Source of the DNA: Bacteroidia bacterium
Lineage (GTDB): Bacteria; Bacteroidota; Bacteroidia; 2-12-FULL-35-15
Reading direction: 5' to 3'
NCBI GenBank assembly: GCA_036170475.1
Contig: JAVHPE010000206.1
Coordinates: forward strand, 91,080 to 155,079
Length of the DNA: 64,000 bases
The position numbers were made by a program, and so were the translations under genes. Below are positions 29,357 through 39,916 of the stretch, in pieces; the stretch's first letter is position 1, and each line of letters starts with the position of its first letter. The notes beneath the pieces are model-generated. The model ran no database searches and was not told where the DNA came from. It saw nothing but the letters and a program-made list of their open reading frames with translations.

Positions 29357-31159
29357 TTAGTTTGATATCCTCCCTGCATTTTTTATTATTTTTTTTGCAT
29401 CAGCAGGCCAGTTACTATCTGGAACGAACACATTGTTCTGAATCACGCAATTGCTACTATTTGTATATTGGGTTTGATTATCGAAATAGTTGTAATCAAC
29501 CGTATCCTTTTGTATTGTTGGAGTCCACATAAAAAGCCAATTGACATCCTTACTAAGTACATTATGATGCCAATGCATATTGCTGCTACCCTCATCGGGA
29601 TATAATGAGCCGCATTCATTGATTGTATGATTGATATAATTATCGTGCACATTTGCCCCTGGCTGCGAACTCAGGGTATAAATTCCGCCGCCATCACGCA
29701 ATATCATCATCACAGAATCAATGAGGTTGTAACTAATCTCATTATTTTTACCCGCAATGGTTGAATTGCTCCATCCCCATCCGGCAGAAATACCTGAATA
29801 TGGAAGACAACGGATTTCATTATGCGTTATTGTGGTATGCTCTGTGTAACCAACAAAAACTCCAACACATCCTTGGTACTCTATAGCCACATTTTTAATT
29901 AAATTATTATATACTATATTGTCCTTTACTATATCGTTATCAGAAGGACTAGAATCAGTTAACCCTCCAATAGATATAGCACTTCCAGAAATATCGTCAA
30001 AAGTGTTATTATAAATAATGTTATTTTTACATCCTGTAAAAAACTGCAAAGCAGTTGCACCAAAGTGCTCAAAGGTATTGTTCACAAATTGGATATTGTT
30101 GCAATGGTCAAATACAATATTACCTGATATTTGTGTAAATTGCCCATTTAGCCCTGTAATCATTGAATCGGCTTGGAGGCAAGCTAGTCCAGTTTTGGAC
30201 CCTGTAAGCCTAGCATCAGCCTGAAGGCATGCAAAACCGGCTAACGAATTTGGTAATGTCCATGAACTATATTCAAAAATGAAGCCTTTGAACAGAACAT
30301 TACTGACTCCCGAACCACGAATCAGTGTCTCTAACTTTGGGAGTACCACCTCTATATTAGCCATTTTTTCACCTGCTCTGGGTTTATAATAAATTGTTCC
30401 CTTTGGGCGATCCAAATACCATTCACCTTCGGAATCAAGCAATTCATAGGCATTTTCAACCCATACCGGAGGGGCATCGTCTTGAATGTGCAGGTTGGTC
30501 CAATATGGTTGAGCCATTAGGGCATGTGTACCTCTAATAGAAAAAATCGGCCCACGGTGGCATTTCCAATTTTTATAAGATACTACTTCAACATTTGCTA
30601 AATTCTTCCATGTCGCGGCTTCTGCCGGACAATCGTACCCTTCCCCGTTTTCTTTCCAACCTAATGCATCAATGCTTCTTGCACGGACAGCACGTGCACC
30701 ATTGACGTATAGTTGGCGTGTGTCGATAGATTTGTCAATAGCCGCCATATAAATATTATTAATAGAATCATGCATGGCCCATCCCGTTATTCTCATACCA
30801 CCGCTTATTATAGGTATTTCATTATTATAGGCCTGATAAATTATATTATAGTCGTTAGTGCCTGAATCATCCGATGAGAATATTAAAGTAGATGCGAGTT
30901 CATAAATACCCCCGCGAAGATATATTATAATATCACCTTTCATACTACGATTAACACCTTGGGCGACATCATGTGCTTTCTGAATGGTAGCAAAAGGCAG
31001 GGCTTTTGTGCCAGGGTTATTATCATTGCCAACGAGAGAAACAAAATAGGTTGCTTGTGCCTTAGCAAAACCACTTAGATTAAAAAGGGTGCTGACAACC
31101 AACAAAAAAAGCCGAATGCCACAGATGTTAATAATTGAACTGAAATTACGAATCGGCAT
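29357..31159 (-). CDS. Secreted right-handed parallel beta-helix repeat protein (pectate-lyase fold; putative polysaccharide lyase/hydrolase)
   Basis: Signal peptide and an N-terminal YFVSLVGNDNNPGTKALPFATIQKA cap. Repeated N-x-(I/V)-x-N/H-N beta-helix coils (NNIQFVNNTF, NNIIYNNTFD, NNLIKNV…). Confidence 0.7.
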   Translation of the reverse strand: MPIRNFSSIINICGIRLFLLVVSTLFNLSGFAKAQATYFVSLVGNDNNPGTKALPFATIQKAHDVAQGVNRSMKGDIIIYLRGGIYELASTLIFSSDDSGTNDYNIIYQAYNNEIPIISGGMRITGWAMHDSINNIYMAAIDKSIDTRQLYVNGARAVRARSIDALGWKENGEGYDCPAEAATWKNLANVEVVSYKNWKCHRGPIFSIRGTHALMAQPYWTNLHIQDDAPPVWVENAYELLDSEGEWYLDRPKGTIYYKPRAGEKMANIEVVLPKLETLIRGSGVSNVLFKGFIFEYSSWTLPNSLAGFACLQADARLTGSKTGLACLQADSMITGLNGQFTQISGNIVFDHCNNIQFVNNTFEHFGATALQFFTGCKNNIIYNNTFDDISGSAISIGGLTDSSPSDNDIVKDNIVYNNLIKNVAIEYQGCVGVFVGYTEHTTITHNEIRCLPYSGISAGWGWSNSTIAGKNNEISYNLIDSVMMILRDGGGIYTLSSQPGANVHDNYINHTINECGSLYPDEGSSNMHWHHNVLSKDVNWLFMWTPTIQKDTVDYNYFDNQTQYTNSSNCVIQNNVFVPDSNWPADAKKIIKNAGRISN

Positions 31160-31392
31160 AATCTGTTTTAATTTCTGAATATATTGCTTATTTATAATTT
31201 CTGGTAAAGCTTAAAACAATCAAAAACTTTGAATAGCGATTATTTATTGATTATGCCCAATCGTTACAACACAGTTTTGAAAACTCAACAGTCGAAAGTG
31301 CAGCCTATAAAAACATTAACAATAAATTCGAAAATTTTATATTTAATTGACCACGCTACGCACTCTGATCCTCTTACGCGCATTGCGTAACA

Positions 31393-32463
31393 TCAGTTAA
31401 TTATTTTTTTATATTCATTCTCATATTGTTGTGCCATCAATTCAACATTGAAATCTTTAACTACTAACTCATGTGAGTTCTTCCCATATTTTTCTATCAC
31501 TTCCCTTTTAGTATTTATAAATATTATCCTTTCAATAGCTTCTTTACTGTTTTTGTAGATAAAACCGTTGTAATCCTTTATAACCAAATCATTATTCCCT
31601 ACAGAATTACTTAGCAACAGCGGTAAATATAAATTCATTGCTTCCAATACTGCAAAAGGCAATCCCTCCCAAGAAGCTGTTGAAATGTAAAGATCCGCTT
31701 TTGCCAATGTATCTGTTACTAAGGATTTATCAATCCAACCGGTTATTTTAATGTTTTTTGATGTCAATTCATGTTCAAGCTCTCCTCCACCAATCCACAA
31801 AAACTGGTATCTTGAATCTGACTCAAAATATTTTGCTATTTCATTAAATAATGCCGGATTTTTTTGAATAGTAACCCGGCCAGTAGTAGCAATAATAAAT
31901 TTGTTATTTTCATTCACACAATCTTTTTTTAAATAATCAAATATTTCTGTGCCATTATTGATGTATACGCAATTTATCCCTTTCATTATTAGCTCAGCTG
32001 CTTCAGATCTTGAGCAACAAATTATTTTTCCACAAAGCCAATTAGCTGCTCTTTCCAAGAACAAATAAATTTTTTCTTTTATAAAAGAAATATCTTTACG
32101 AATGAAAGGAAGTCCATTTGGAGTATAAATTACATTTTTTCTGCCGAGAAAATAACAAACTAACCTACCCAAAAAACCAGCTTTTGAAGAATGTACGTGA
32201 ATTACATCGCTTTCAACATTTTTTATTAATCGGTATAAATAAAACGTTGCATTAATATCTTTTAACAAACTAATTTCTCTTTGAACATGTTCCCATTGAT
32301 AAAACGTAGCATTAGTGTATTTTTGTTTCACTTCATTAATTCGATCGCCAAAAGTTCGATCGCCATAAATAATAACGTGGCGATGTTGTGGTAAATATTT
32401 TACAAGGTAGAGTACAAAATCTGCACTACCACCACCGGATTCTATTATATGAGTAATAATCAT
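31393..32463 (-). CDS. Glycosyltransferase family 4 (GT-B, group 1)
   Basis: C-terminal E-x7-E region (SWEGLPFAVLEAMNLYLPLL). Confidence 0.8.
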   Translation of the reverse strand: MIITHIIESGGGSADFVLYLVKYLPQHRHVIIYGDRTFGDRINEVKQKYTNATFYQWEHVQREISLLKDINATFYLYRLIKNVESDVIHVHSSKAGFLGRLVCYFLGRKNVIYTPNGLPFIRKDISFIKEKIYLFLERAANWLCGKIICCSRSEAAELIMKGINCVYINNGTEIFDYLKKDCVNENNKFIIATTGRVTIQKNPALFNEIAKYFESDSRYQFLWIGGGELEHELTSKNIKITGWIDKSLVTDTLAKADLYISTASWEGLPFAVLEAMNLYLPLLLSNSVGNNDLVIKDYNGFIYKNSKEAIERIIFINTKREVIEKYGKNSHELVVKDFNVELMAQQYENEYKKIIN

Positions 32464-33542
32464 TCGAGGTATAATGCTTCTATTTGTTTTGCGTAAGAAT
32501 TGATATCGTATTTGTTTTTGTATGAGCTATATCCATTTTCACCTAGTTGTTTCCTGAGTTTGGCAGATTCATATAATCTTAAGATTTGCTCTGCAAGGTC
32601 ATGATAATTTTTTGATTCAAATAATAGTCCATTTACTTCGTTTTCAATTAACTCATTTGTTCCATCAATATTACTCGCTATAACGGGCAAGGAAGCCCTA
32701 AAAGCTTCAAGAACTACTGTGGGAAGCCCTTCAAAGACAGAGGGAAGAATAAACAAATCAGCTGCTGAATAATATTTTTCCGGCGTTTTAGTACCTCCCC
32801 TAAACTCAACAATTGAATTAATATTTAATTTAAGGGATAATTCTTTTAAATAGTGCTCTTGCTCTCCTTCACCTACTATTAATACTCTTAATCCTTTTAT
32901 TTTATCTTTTAGTAGCGGAATTGCCTGAAGCAATGTCTCGGTTGACTTTTGGACTCTAAGCCTTCCGATAGTTAATAAACAAAAATCGTCTGAAATTAAT
33001 GAAAGATCTTTTCTGGCTAGTTCTTTTGTCTCTTTCAGAGGAATATCCGGAATGGAATTATAATTAATTCTTACATTCTCCTTTGACACGCCAAGTTTTG
33101 ACTGTGTGTGGGCTGCAACTGCTTTTGAAATGCAGGATACTTTACATTTCTTTCCATGAGTTTTAAAGGTAATATAATAAAGTAAAAAAAAGATGTTATC
33201 CATCCAATTCCATTTGAAATAAACGTTATGCATTGTGCAATATAATTTTACCGGCAATTTTCGACAGGCATACATTCCAATTAGATCGGCATGGCCAAGA
33301 TGCGTATGCACTATATCGGGTTGTATTCTTTTTACCAATAGACGTATGTTTTTTGCGCAGTTCCAGCCTAAGGGTATATGGTAGATTTTTATCCCTGAAA
33401 CAAAGGACAATTTCAACTTAGGTTCGCCTTTCAGGTAAATGATATGCAATTCATGTTTCTCTGCAAGAACATTTGAAAAGTTAACGAGTAAGCGCTCAGC
33501 GCCTCCATAAACTAAAGAGGTTATTATTTGACAAATAATCAT
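32460..33542 (-). CDS. Glycosyltransferase family 4
   Basis: N-terminal GGAERLL and a C-terminal FEGLPTVVLEAFRASLPVIASN…NGLL segment. Confidence 0.8.
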   Translation of the reverse strand: MIICQIITSLVYGGAERLLVNFSNVLAEKHELHIIYLKGEPKLKLSFVSGIKIYHIPLGWNCAKNIRLLVKRIQPDIVHTHLGHADLIGMYACRKLPVKLYCTMHNVYFKWNWMDNIFFLLYYITFKTHGKKCKVSCISKAVAAHTQSKLGVSKENVRINYNSIPDIPLKETKELARKDLSLISDDFCLLTIGRLRVQKSTETLLQAIPLLKDKIKGLRVLIVGEGEQEHYLKELSLKLNINSIVEFRGGTKTPEKYYSAADLFILPSVFEGLPTVVLEAFRASLPVIASNIDGTNELIENEVNGLLFESKNYHDLAEQILRLYESAKLRKQLGENGYSSYKNKYDINSYAKQIEALYLE

Positions 33543-34510
33543 TTTTTTGAAGTGAAATAATAATTAATTAATTCTTTATCTGGCAGTTGTCCTGTTGATT
33601 TTGTTCCAATGAAATAAAATCCGGAAGAACCATCATTGTCTCTTATATTATATCGAGTTAGGTAATCAAAGTATTTTATCCAAAAACCAGTGAGTCTGGC
33701 AAAAGATTTTATTAGCAATCTTAATGTTTGATTGTACCCGAATAAGGATAATAAAAAATATTGATACGACCAAGCCAATGCTGTCCCACTACCTGCCGTT
33801 GTTCCGCTTTTTATCTCTTTGAAGTGCTGAAACAATTTACGATGACCAGATCGGGTATAGCGAGTGAAATCATAGGGACCTCCATGAACTTGTTGCATAA
33901 AAGGAGTTTCTGCATACACAATTCCACTCGGTTTTAGTGCTCTGTGGATTTCTTGAACACATTTTGCGGGATTAATAACGTGTTCCAATATTGCCTGTGC
34001 AATTATGCAATCAAAAGTTTCATCTTTGTAAGGAATGGAATGAGCATCGAAAATAATTTTTGTTCGTGAACCAAAAGAAACATCACCTTCTATAATATCT
34101 AAGAAGTTGGAATTGATAAAATCATACATGCCATTACCAACAATGCTGCCTCCTATTATTAATACTTTGGGTTTGTTTTTTGGATTATTATTTATTAATA
34201 AAGATTCAAGAAATTTAAAATTTATTTTTCCTAAATTATTTCCTCCAATGCTGGGTATTATCCTGCTAATATAGCCAAGTGCTTTTCCTCTTTTTGAAAT
34301 ATCAAAAAAAAGATTCTTCTGTTTTGTAAAATCCGAAAATGAAAAAATACTTTCAGCTTCATCAATAATAACGGGAATATTGTTTACTATGGGATAAACC
34401 ATTTGACAATTGTTGCATTTTATACTGCCATTATCACTAATAACTTCTGCCATACTGCTTTTGCATGAAACGCAGATCAAATCTTTTTTAATTATTTCAG
34501 GAAATTCCAT
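33539..34510 (-). CDS. Class I SAM-dependent methyltransferase with N-terminal Trm112-like Cys4 zinc ribbon
   Basis: CVSC…CNNC ribbon followed by a methyltransferase fold (VLIIGGSIVGNG…DCIIAQAILEHV…LKPSGIVY). Confidence 0.75.
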   Translation of the reverse strand: MEFPEIIKKDLICVSCKSSMAEVISDNGSIKCNNCQMVYPIVNNIPVIIDEAESIFSFSDFTKQKNLFFDISKRGKALGYISRIIPSIGGNNLGKINFKFLESLLINNNPKNKPKVLIIGGSIVGNGMYDFINSNFLDIIEGDVSFGSRTKIIFDAHSIPYKDETFDCIIAQAILEHVINPAKCVQEIHRALKPSGIVYAETPFMQQVHGGPYDFTRYTRSGHRKLFQHFKEIKSGTTAGSGTALAWSYQYFLLSLFGYNQTLRLLIKSFARLTGFWIKYFDYLTRYNIRDNDGSSGFYFIGTKSTGQLPDKELINYYFTSKK

Positions 34511-35277
34511 TATGATTTATTGAGCCATTTTTGTTTTACGATAGTTGAAGCTTTAGCTCTATACTGAAAGAGTTCAAAAAAGAATAAATCAATAATGCTA
34601 AAGTTAAAATTTGCAACTAACACTTTTCTATATTCTTCATAAACCTTCTTTTCATTATTCTTATTTTGAGTTTTGCTGTCAAAGTGAATTCTAAATTTTC
34701 CGATCATTTTAGGCATTCTTTTAATCTGAAATCCTTTATTAAATGCTCTTGAATAAAAGTCAACATCCATGCAGTAATGAAGCTGTTCATTCAATGGTCC
34801 TACTGTTTCAAAAACTTTTTTTCTCCAAAAAAAACATGGCTGAGGCGGGCAAAACCGCCCATGAGCGAACAACCATCGATTCCATTTTATCGGGTAAACA
34901 TCGCAAATCCATTTGCTATCCGAATCAATTAATTGGTAATATCCATAAACTATATCGGCATCAGGGTTTTCTTTGAAGAAATTAACAACCGTTTCAAAAG
35001 TATCAGGGAAATACGTGTCATCAGCATTCTGCCAAGCCAAAATATCGCCCGTAGCCATATCAAACCCTTTATTAATTGCATCAGATTGTCCTTTATCCTT
35101 TTCCGACAAATATTTTATAGGCTTGTATTCTTTTATTATTTCTAAGGTGTTATCAGTTGAGAGCGCGTCAATAATAATATGCTCAAAGTTTCTATAACTT
35201 TGACCGGCAATGGATTCGATAGTTTCCCGAATATATTTTTCGCCATTAAAAACTGGCGTTACAATGGATATTTTCAT
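34510..35277 (-). CDS. Glycosyltransferase family 2
   Basis: ISIVTPVFNGEKYI…IIIDALSTDNT…DAINKG…QNADD (GT-A fold with DxD). Confidence 0.8.
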   Translation of the reverse strand: MKISIVTPVFNGEKYIRETIESIAGQSYRNFEHIIIDALSTDNTLEIIKEYKPIKYLSEKDKGQSDAINKGFDMATGDILAWQNADDTYFPDTFETVVNFFKENPDADIVYGYYQLIDSDSKWICDVYPIKWNRWLFAHGRFCPPQPCFFWRKKVFETVGPLNEQLHYCMDVDFYSRAFNKGFQIKRMPKMIGKFRIHFDSKTQNKNNEKKVYEEYRKVLVANFNFSIIDLFFFELFQYRAKASTIVKQKWLNKS

Positions 35278-35332
35278 AAATTGAATTGTACTTGCACTTG
35301 TTATTCAGGAATAAAAATACTGATTATTGTTT

Positions 35333-36319
35333 TTATTTCAGTTTCCCCAGATCTTTCAACCAAGCCTTTAATGTTATCATTTCAGAGTCGCAAACAATAC
35401 CTTCTTTCAACAATGATTTATAAGCATTGAATAAATTTGTTTCAATATTGTCTGATTTTGAAATAGAATTTGACACTACACTCATTACTTTCTCACAGTT
35501 TTCATACATAGGAATTTCAGATAAAAAATCTTTCATATAATCATGCGGGTTTCTTTTTTGAACGACTGTAGCATTTATAAATCCGAGCTTGTAATTATAT
35601 AACCACATAATTGGTTGAGCTATCAAACCACGTAAAATATCAGTAAACCGAAATGTTACATAGGTTGGTAGGTACATTAAAGCAAATAATTCTTTTCGAA
35701 TCATGGTGTTTTGGGTATTAAAAGGACTAATGGTTCCCTTGTCTAAAGCAACTGGGGCACGCTCATAAAAAAAACAAGGAATGTCGCTTGTTAAACGATA
35801 GATAGCATCCACATCAGGATCTTCATCTGCTAATCCCTGCCAAATGCCAATTTTACAATCTTTGGAGGTTATATGTTTTTCAAGTTCAAATTGTGTTGCA
35901 ATAAGATTTAGTGGTAATCCGCGTGCCCAGATTTTTTGCTTTGTGTAAAGCTGATAAATATTAATAAAGTCTTTATCCTTGGAAATACAATCGAATTTTT
36001 GGTCAAAAGCGGGAAATTCCCAATTTTCTTTGGGTATATTATCATCATCTGTATCTACAATATAATCAGCCCCGTTTTGAATAGCTTTCAAATATCCCAG
36101 CATTTTCCTGCAATAATGATTAAATGGCAAAACTTTTGACAACTCGAATGTCATATTTTCTTGCTGAATTATTGAGATATAATCAACATTTTCGCAATGC
36201 CAATCACTTGGTGTTTTTTTATCGCCCACAACAATTAGTTTATAATCTTTCATTTTAGAAAATGAAAGAACCGCTTCCGTTGGATTAAAAATTGATGTTA
36301 TTACAATCGCTTTTTTCAT
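35333..36319 (-). CDS. Putative glycosyltransferase (DxD-containing, STELLO/DUF288-like?)
   Basis: YIVDTDDDNIP motif within an operon of glycosyltransferases. Family uncertain. Confidence 0.35.
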   Translation of the reverse strand: MKKAIVITSIFNPTEAVLSFSKMKDYKLIVVGDKKTPSDWHCENVDYISIIQQENMTFELSKVLPFNHYCRKMLGYLKAIQNGADYIVDTDDDNIPKENWEFPAFDQKFDCISKDKDFINIYQLYTKQKIWARGLPLNLIATQFELEKHITSKDCKIGIWQGLADEDPDVDAIYRLTSDIPCFFYERAPVALDKGTISPFNTQNTMIRKELFALMYLPTYVTFRFTDILRGLIAQPIMWLYNYKLGFINATVVQKRNPHDYMKDFLSEIPMYENCEKVMSVVSNSISKSDNIETNLFNAYKSLLKEGIVCDSEMITLKAWLKDLGKLK

Positions 36320-37241
36320 AATTTGTTTTCCATTTTGATAGTTTAATAGCGTGTATATACAGATGATTTAGAGGGAAATCGTTCAATAAATTTTCTAATT
36401 GATTTTCGTGTTTTTTTAATATACTATAATCTTCTTTTGTCCAAAGTGCTTTCCCTTGTAATTTCAACTCTTTTTCAAGAACAATTTTTTCTGCTGATAA
36501 TACCAGCGCAGTAGGTATTCCAAATTCAACAAATAATTTGGTAGTAGCAAACACACCACAATAATGGCAAAATTGCTTTATGGCATCCGAACTGACAACA
36601 AAGATATCGGAATATCCACCTACAATGGGATATGAAAGGTTATATTTTTTTTTACCTGTTTTGCTTAGTAAATAACGAAATAGATACACCTTATCTCGAA
36701 TAATTATTTTCGATATATCTTTTATTGAGCTTGGTGTTTTCCAGAGTTGACTGAAAACAAGCGGCTTTATTTCCAATTCAAATTTCTTAAATGAAGCTAA
36801 TGCAACATCGTAATTTGGAAGTTGATTTTTGGCTTCCACTCCGGCTATATTAATAGTATAACGAAAAGCCTCCACAACACGAGGCCAGAAATTTACAATT
36901 TTATTTAAGGATATGAATTCTGGCAAAAAGCATGAATTTTCGGTTAGATTCAAGTGGGTTTTATAATTTTTTTCATTTATAATTGGATTTAAAATTAAAT
37001 CGTCAGCTATAAAAAAATAATGATTATAATCTTTTTTAAAGAAACTTTTTAATCCTTGAGCTATATAACCTTGGAAATAATAAGAATTTTCATAAACAGG
37101 AATAACATTATCCTTTACGCCATTATAAAATGGAACTAAATGATAAATAGAGCTAAATCGTTCTTTATATATATATTCTAAAATTTCAATATTTTTATTG
37201 TATTGATGGTTATAGATAATAACTAATGCCACTTTATTCAT
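36285..37241 (-). CDS. Hypothetical protein in polysaccharide operon
   Basis: ORF only; operon context. Confidence 0.4.
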   Translation of the reverse strand: MNKVALVIIYNHQYNKNIEILEYIYKERFSSIYHLVPFYNGVKDNVIPVYENSYYFQGYIAQGLKSFFKKDYNHYFFIADDLILNPIINEKNYKTHLNLTENSCFLPEFISLNKIVNFWPRVVEAFRYTINIAGVEAKNQLPNYDVALASFKKFELEIKPLVFSQLWKTPSSIKDISKIIIRDKVYLFRYLLSKTGKKKYNLSYPIVGGYSDIFVVSSDAIKQFCHYCGVFATTKLFVEFGIPTALVLSAEKIVLEKELKLQGKALWTKEDYSILKKHENQLENLLNDFPLNHLYIHAIKLSKWKTNYEKSDCNNINF

Positions 37242-38517
37242 ATCGTTCTTTATTTATTAATGCTACCGAGGTGGGTTTGTTTAAGCTAATTAATTTCATG
37301 TTGCTTGTATCTGTTAAAATCAGGAAAAATACAATTACATCATTATAGCTAGGCTGAGAAAATGTTAATGTTAACAAACAAGGCATGTAGATGCAAAGAG
37401 TTTGCATATTACCTAGCCTGAATAGTCCGTAATACCATAATAGAGAATACAGAATAATACCAAAAATACCTATTTCGCAGGCAACTGCTGGGATTCCAAC
37501 AAATAGTTTGGAAACTACTACATCATTTTTGTTTTTCCGAAAATCATTATAATACCCATTTCCGAAAATTGGTGCTTCTGACAATAATTTGAATGCATTA
37601 CTAAAACTTTTCGAACGTTCTTTTCCCGATTCAGAAGATATTTTATTAAAGAAACCAAGTTGAGGAATAGTGGCAAAAATAAAAATTATAATTACTAATG
37701 AAATTACGGTGGTAGTAACCACAGCAATACTTGGTAATTTCCCTTTCCCGAATAATTTTAACATTAAAAAACCAGCTAAAAAACTTAACAGACCTCCTGT
37801 CGAAAAAGTAAAAATAGTGCCAATCAAAATAACAAACCTTTTAAATTTAACTCTTTTTATTTCCACAAAATAAGTTAAAAAATAAGCGGTAAGAAAAAAC
37901 AATTGTGACATTCCGGGTTCCCTGAATATACCTATAAAACGTGGAATTGAAATACCCCTAATATTCAAAGCTGACCAAACTAATGTAAATGGGAAAAATA
38001 AAAGATGACTTCCTAAATTCGATCCTTTATCTGCTCCATATCCGGGAACCAAATAACTCAAATTCGCAACTACCGGTATTTTAGTGTAATCGAAACTACA
38101 AAATAAAAAAATAATAAAAGTAATAATTGCGGATAAACTTAACCAAAAGAAAATATTTATGAATGATTTAAAAATTTCAGGAACATTATCTTTTCTTGAA
38201 ACATAGGCAATGCAAATTGAAATACCAAAGATGACAACAAAGGAATTGATAACTGTTTTTTTTGCGCTACTCAATAGCAAACCTTGAAGCAGGAAATAAA
38301 TAACAGTAACTAAAATCAGCATTAAAGTAAGGACAACTTTTTTGTTCATATATCTCTTACTGATTTCTGGGTCAATTAAAAAAATCAAAACAGAAATAAC
38401 AACAAATAAACAGAAAATGATCGGATTAAATCGTTCCCCAATAATTGATGGTCTGAAGAGAAGCAACAAAATAGTCCAAGCGAATAATAATCTTTTCTTT
38501 TGTTTAGAAATATTCAT
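37234..38517 (-). CDS. Polytopic membrane protein, putative Wzy-like polysaccharide polymerase
   Basis: About 11 predicted TM helices with a large loop near the C-terminus; operon context. Confidence 0.5.
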   Translation of the reverse strand: MNISKQKKRLLFAWTILLLLFRPSIIGERFNPIIFCLFVVISVLIFLIDPEISKRYMNKKVVLTLMLILVTVIYFLLQGLLLSSAKKTVINSFVVIFGISICIAYVSRKDNVPEIFKSFINIFFWLSLSAIITFIIFLFCSFDYTKIPVVANLSYLVPGYGADKGSNLGSHLLFFPFTLVWSALNIRGISIPRFIGIFREPGMSQLFFLTAYFLTYFVEIKRVKFKRFVILIGTIFTFSTGGLLSFLAGFLMLKLFGKGKLPSIAVVTTTVISLVIIIFIFATIPQLGFFNKISSESGKERSKSFSNAFKLLSEAPIFGNGYYNDFRKNKNDVVVSKLFVGIPAVACEIGIFGIILYSLLWYYGLFRLGNMQTLCIYMPCLLTLTFSQPSYNDVIVFFLILTDTSNMKLISLNKPTSVALINKERYE

Positions 38518-38645
38518 TGAATTTAGGTAATAAATAGAAAAACAAGTTCTGAGCTTTATTTCCTACAATTACAATATTTTTTTTGAAAACAATATTTGAT
38601 TACGGAAATTATTTTTAATTGCCAATGATTATTAACTCATAAAGC

Positions 38646-39893
38646 TTAGTTAACGTTAATAATGCTTTTATAAAGATTAATATATTTCATGACAACTATT
38701 TTGCTATCAAACTCTGATAATACTTTATTCCTTGCAGATTTGCTTAATTCATCATAATTCGCATTTAAAACCCAATCAATGCCCTGAGCTAAATCATCAG
38801 AATCAAAAGGTCGTGCTAAATAACCATTTTTCTGATGGTCTATCATATCCCTGTTTCCTCCAATATCAAATGCAACGACAGGTGTTGCACACGCCAAACT
38901 TTCCATAATAGTATTAGACAGATTTTCTTGTAATGAAGGGACAATCATAACATCAGCTGCATTATAAATAACTTTTAAAGAAATATCATCATTCAATTTC
39001 CCCAAAAAGTGCGTTTTATATTTTAACTCCTGAAAATCTTTCGGCTTATTACTTCCAAAAATAATAAATTCAACATCTGCATTTTTAATTTTATTAATTG
39101 CTTTGCTAAATTCCTCAAAACCTTTCCTTGGATCTGATGTACTATTTAGTGCGCCAAAAAGAACTATTTTTTTATTTTGAGGTACGTTTAAAATTTCTCT
39201 TGCCACTTTTTTATTCATTGGACTAAAATCATTGGTGTTAATGGGATTAGGAATATTTGTTATTTTTTTATTTTTTAATAAACCGCTTTCTTTCGCACTG
39301 CTTTCAATCCATTTACTAAGTCCAATAAAAGTGATATTCTCAATACTTGAAAATGTTTTTTTTTTTCTTTTATAAAGTTTTTTACTATAATCGTTGTTCT
39401 TTGAGGAATTCAATACTTCACAATTAAAACACCCGTTTTTATATTTATCACAACTTCCGCTATAATGGCAACCTCCGGTAAATGGCCACATATCATGGAA
39501 TGACCATACAATCGGAGCATTTATTTTAAGTAAATCTTCAACCCTGATCATTCCCATACCAATCCAATGAAGATGCACAACATCCGGCTCTAATTTGTTT
39601 ATATTATTTGAAAAATTCGAAAAGGGAAGCCAGGCCGGGGAGAAGAGAGATTTAGTTTTATATCGTAATATTCTTAATTCATCAAAAAAAGCACGAACTC
39701 TTGCAATCTCCTTTTGTATTTTTGTGTTTGGGCCTAAAACAGTATAGTCATCACAATTTTTTTTTTGCCCTAGAAACTGAGAATCAATACTTTCATTTAG
39801 AAGTGCTTTATGAAGCCTATACGCAGCCCTTCCGGCACCATCACTAATTCCTTTAGAATTTACAATAAGAATTTTCATAAATACAAATTTCAA
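38646..39893 (-). CDS. Glycosyltransferase family 4
   Basis: C-terminal segment SLQENLSNTIMESLACATPVVAFDIGGNRDMI…NGYL. Confidence 0.8.
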   Translation of the reverse strand: MKFVFMKILIVNSKGISDGAGRAAYRLHKALLNESIDSQFLGQKKNCDDYTVLGPNTKIQKEIARVRAFFDELRILRYKTKSLFSPAWLPFSNFSNNINKLEPDVVHLHWIGMGMIRVEDLLKINAPIVWSFHDMWPFTGGCHYSGSCDKYKNGCFNCEVLNSSKNNDYSKKLYKRKKKTFSSIENITFIGLSKWIESSAKESGLLKNKKITNIPNPINTNDFSPMNKKVAREILNVPQNKKIVLFGALNSTSDPRKGFEEFSKAINKIKNADVEFIIFGSNKPKDFQELKYKTHFLGKLNDDISLKVIYNAADVMIVPSLQENLSNTIMESLACATPVVAFDIGGNRDMIDHQKNGYLARPFDSDDLAQGIDWVLNANYDELSKSARNKVLSEFDSKIVVMKYINLYKSIINVN

Positions 39894-39916
39894 ATAGAAT
39901 ATAAAACCTATAATTT

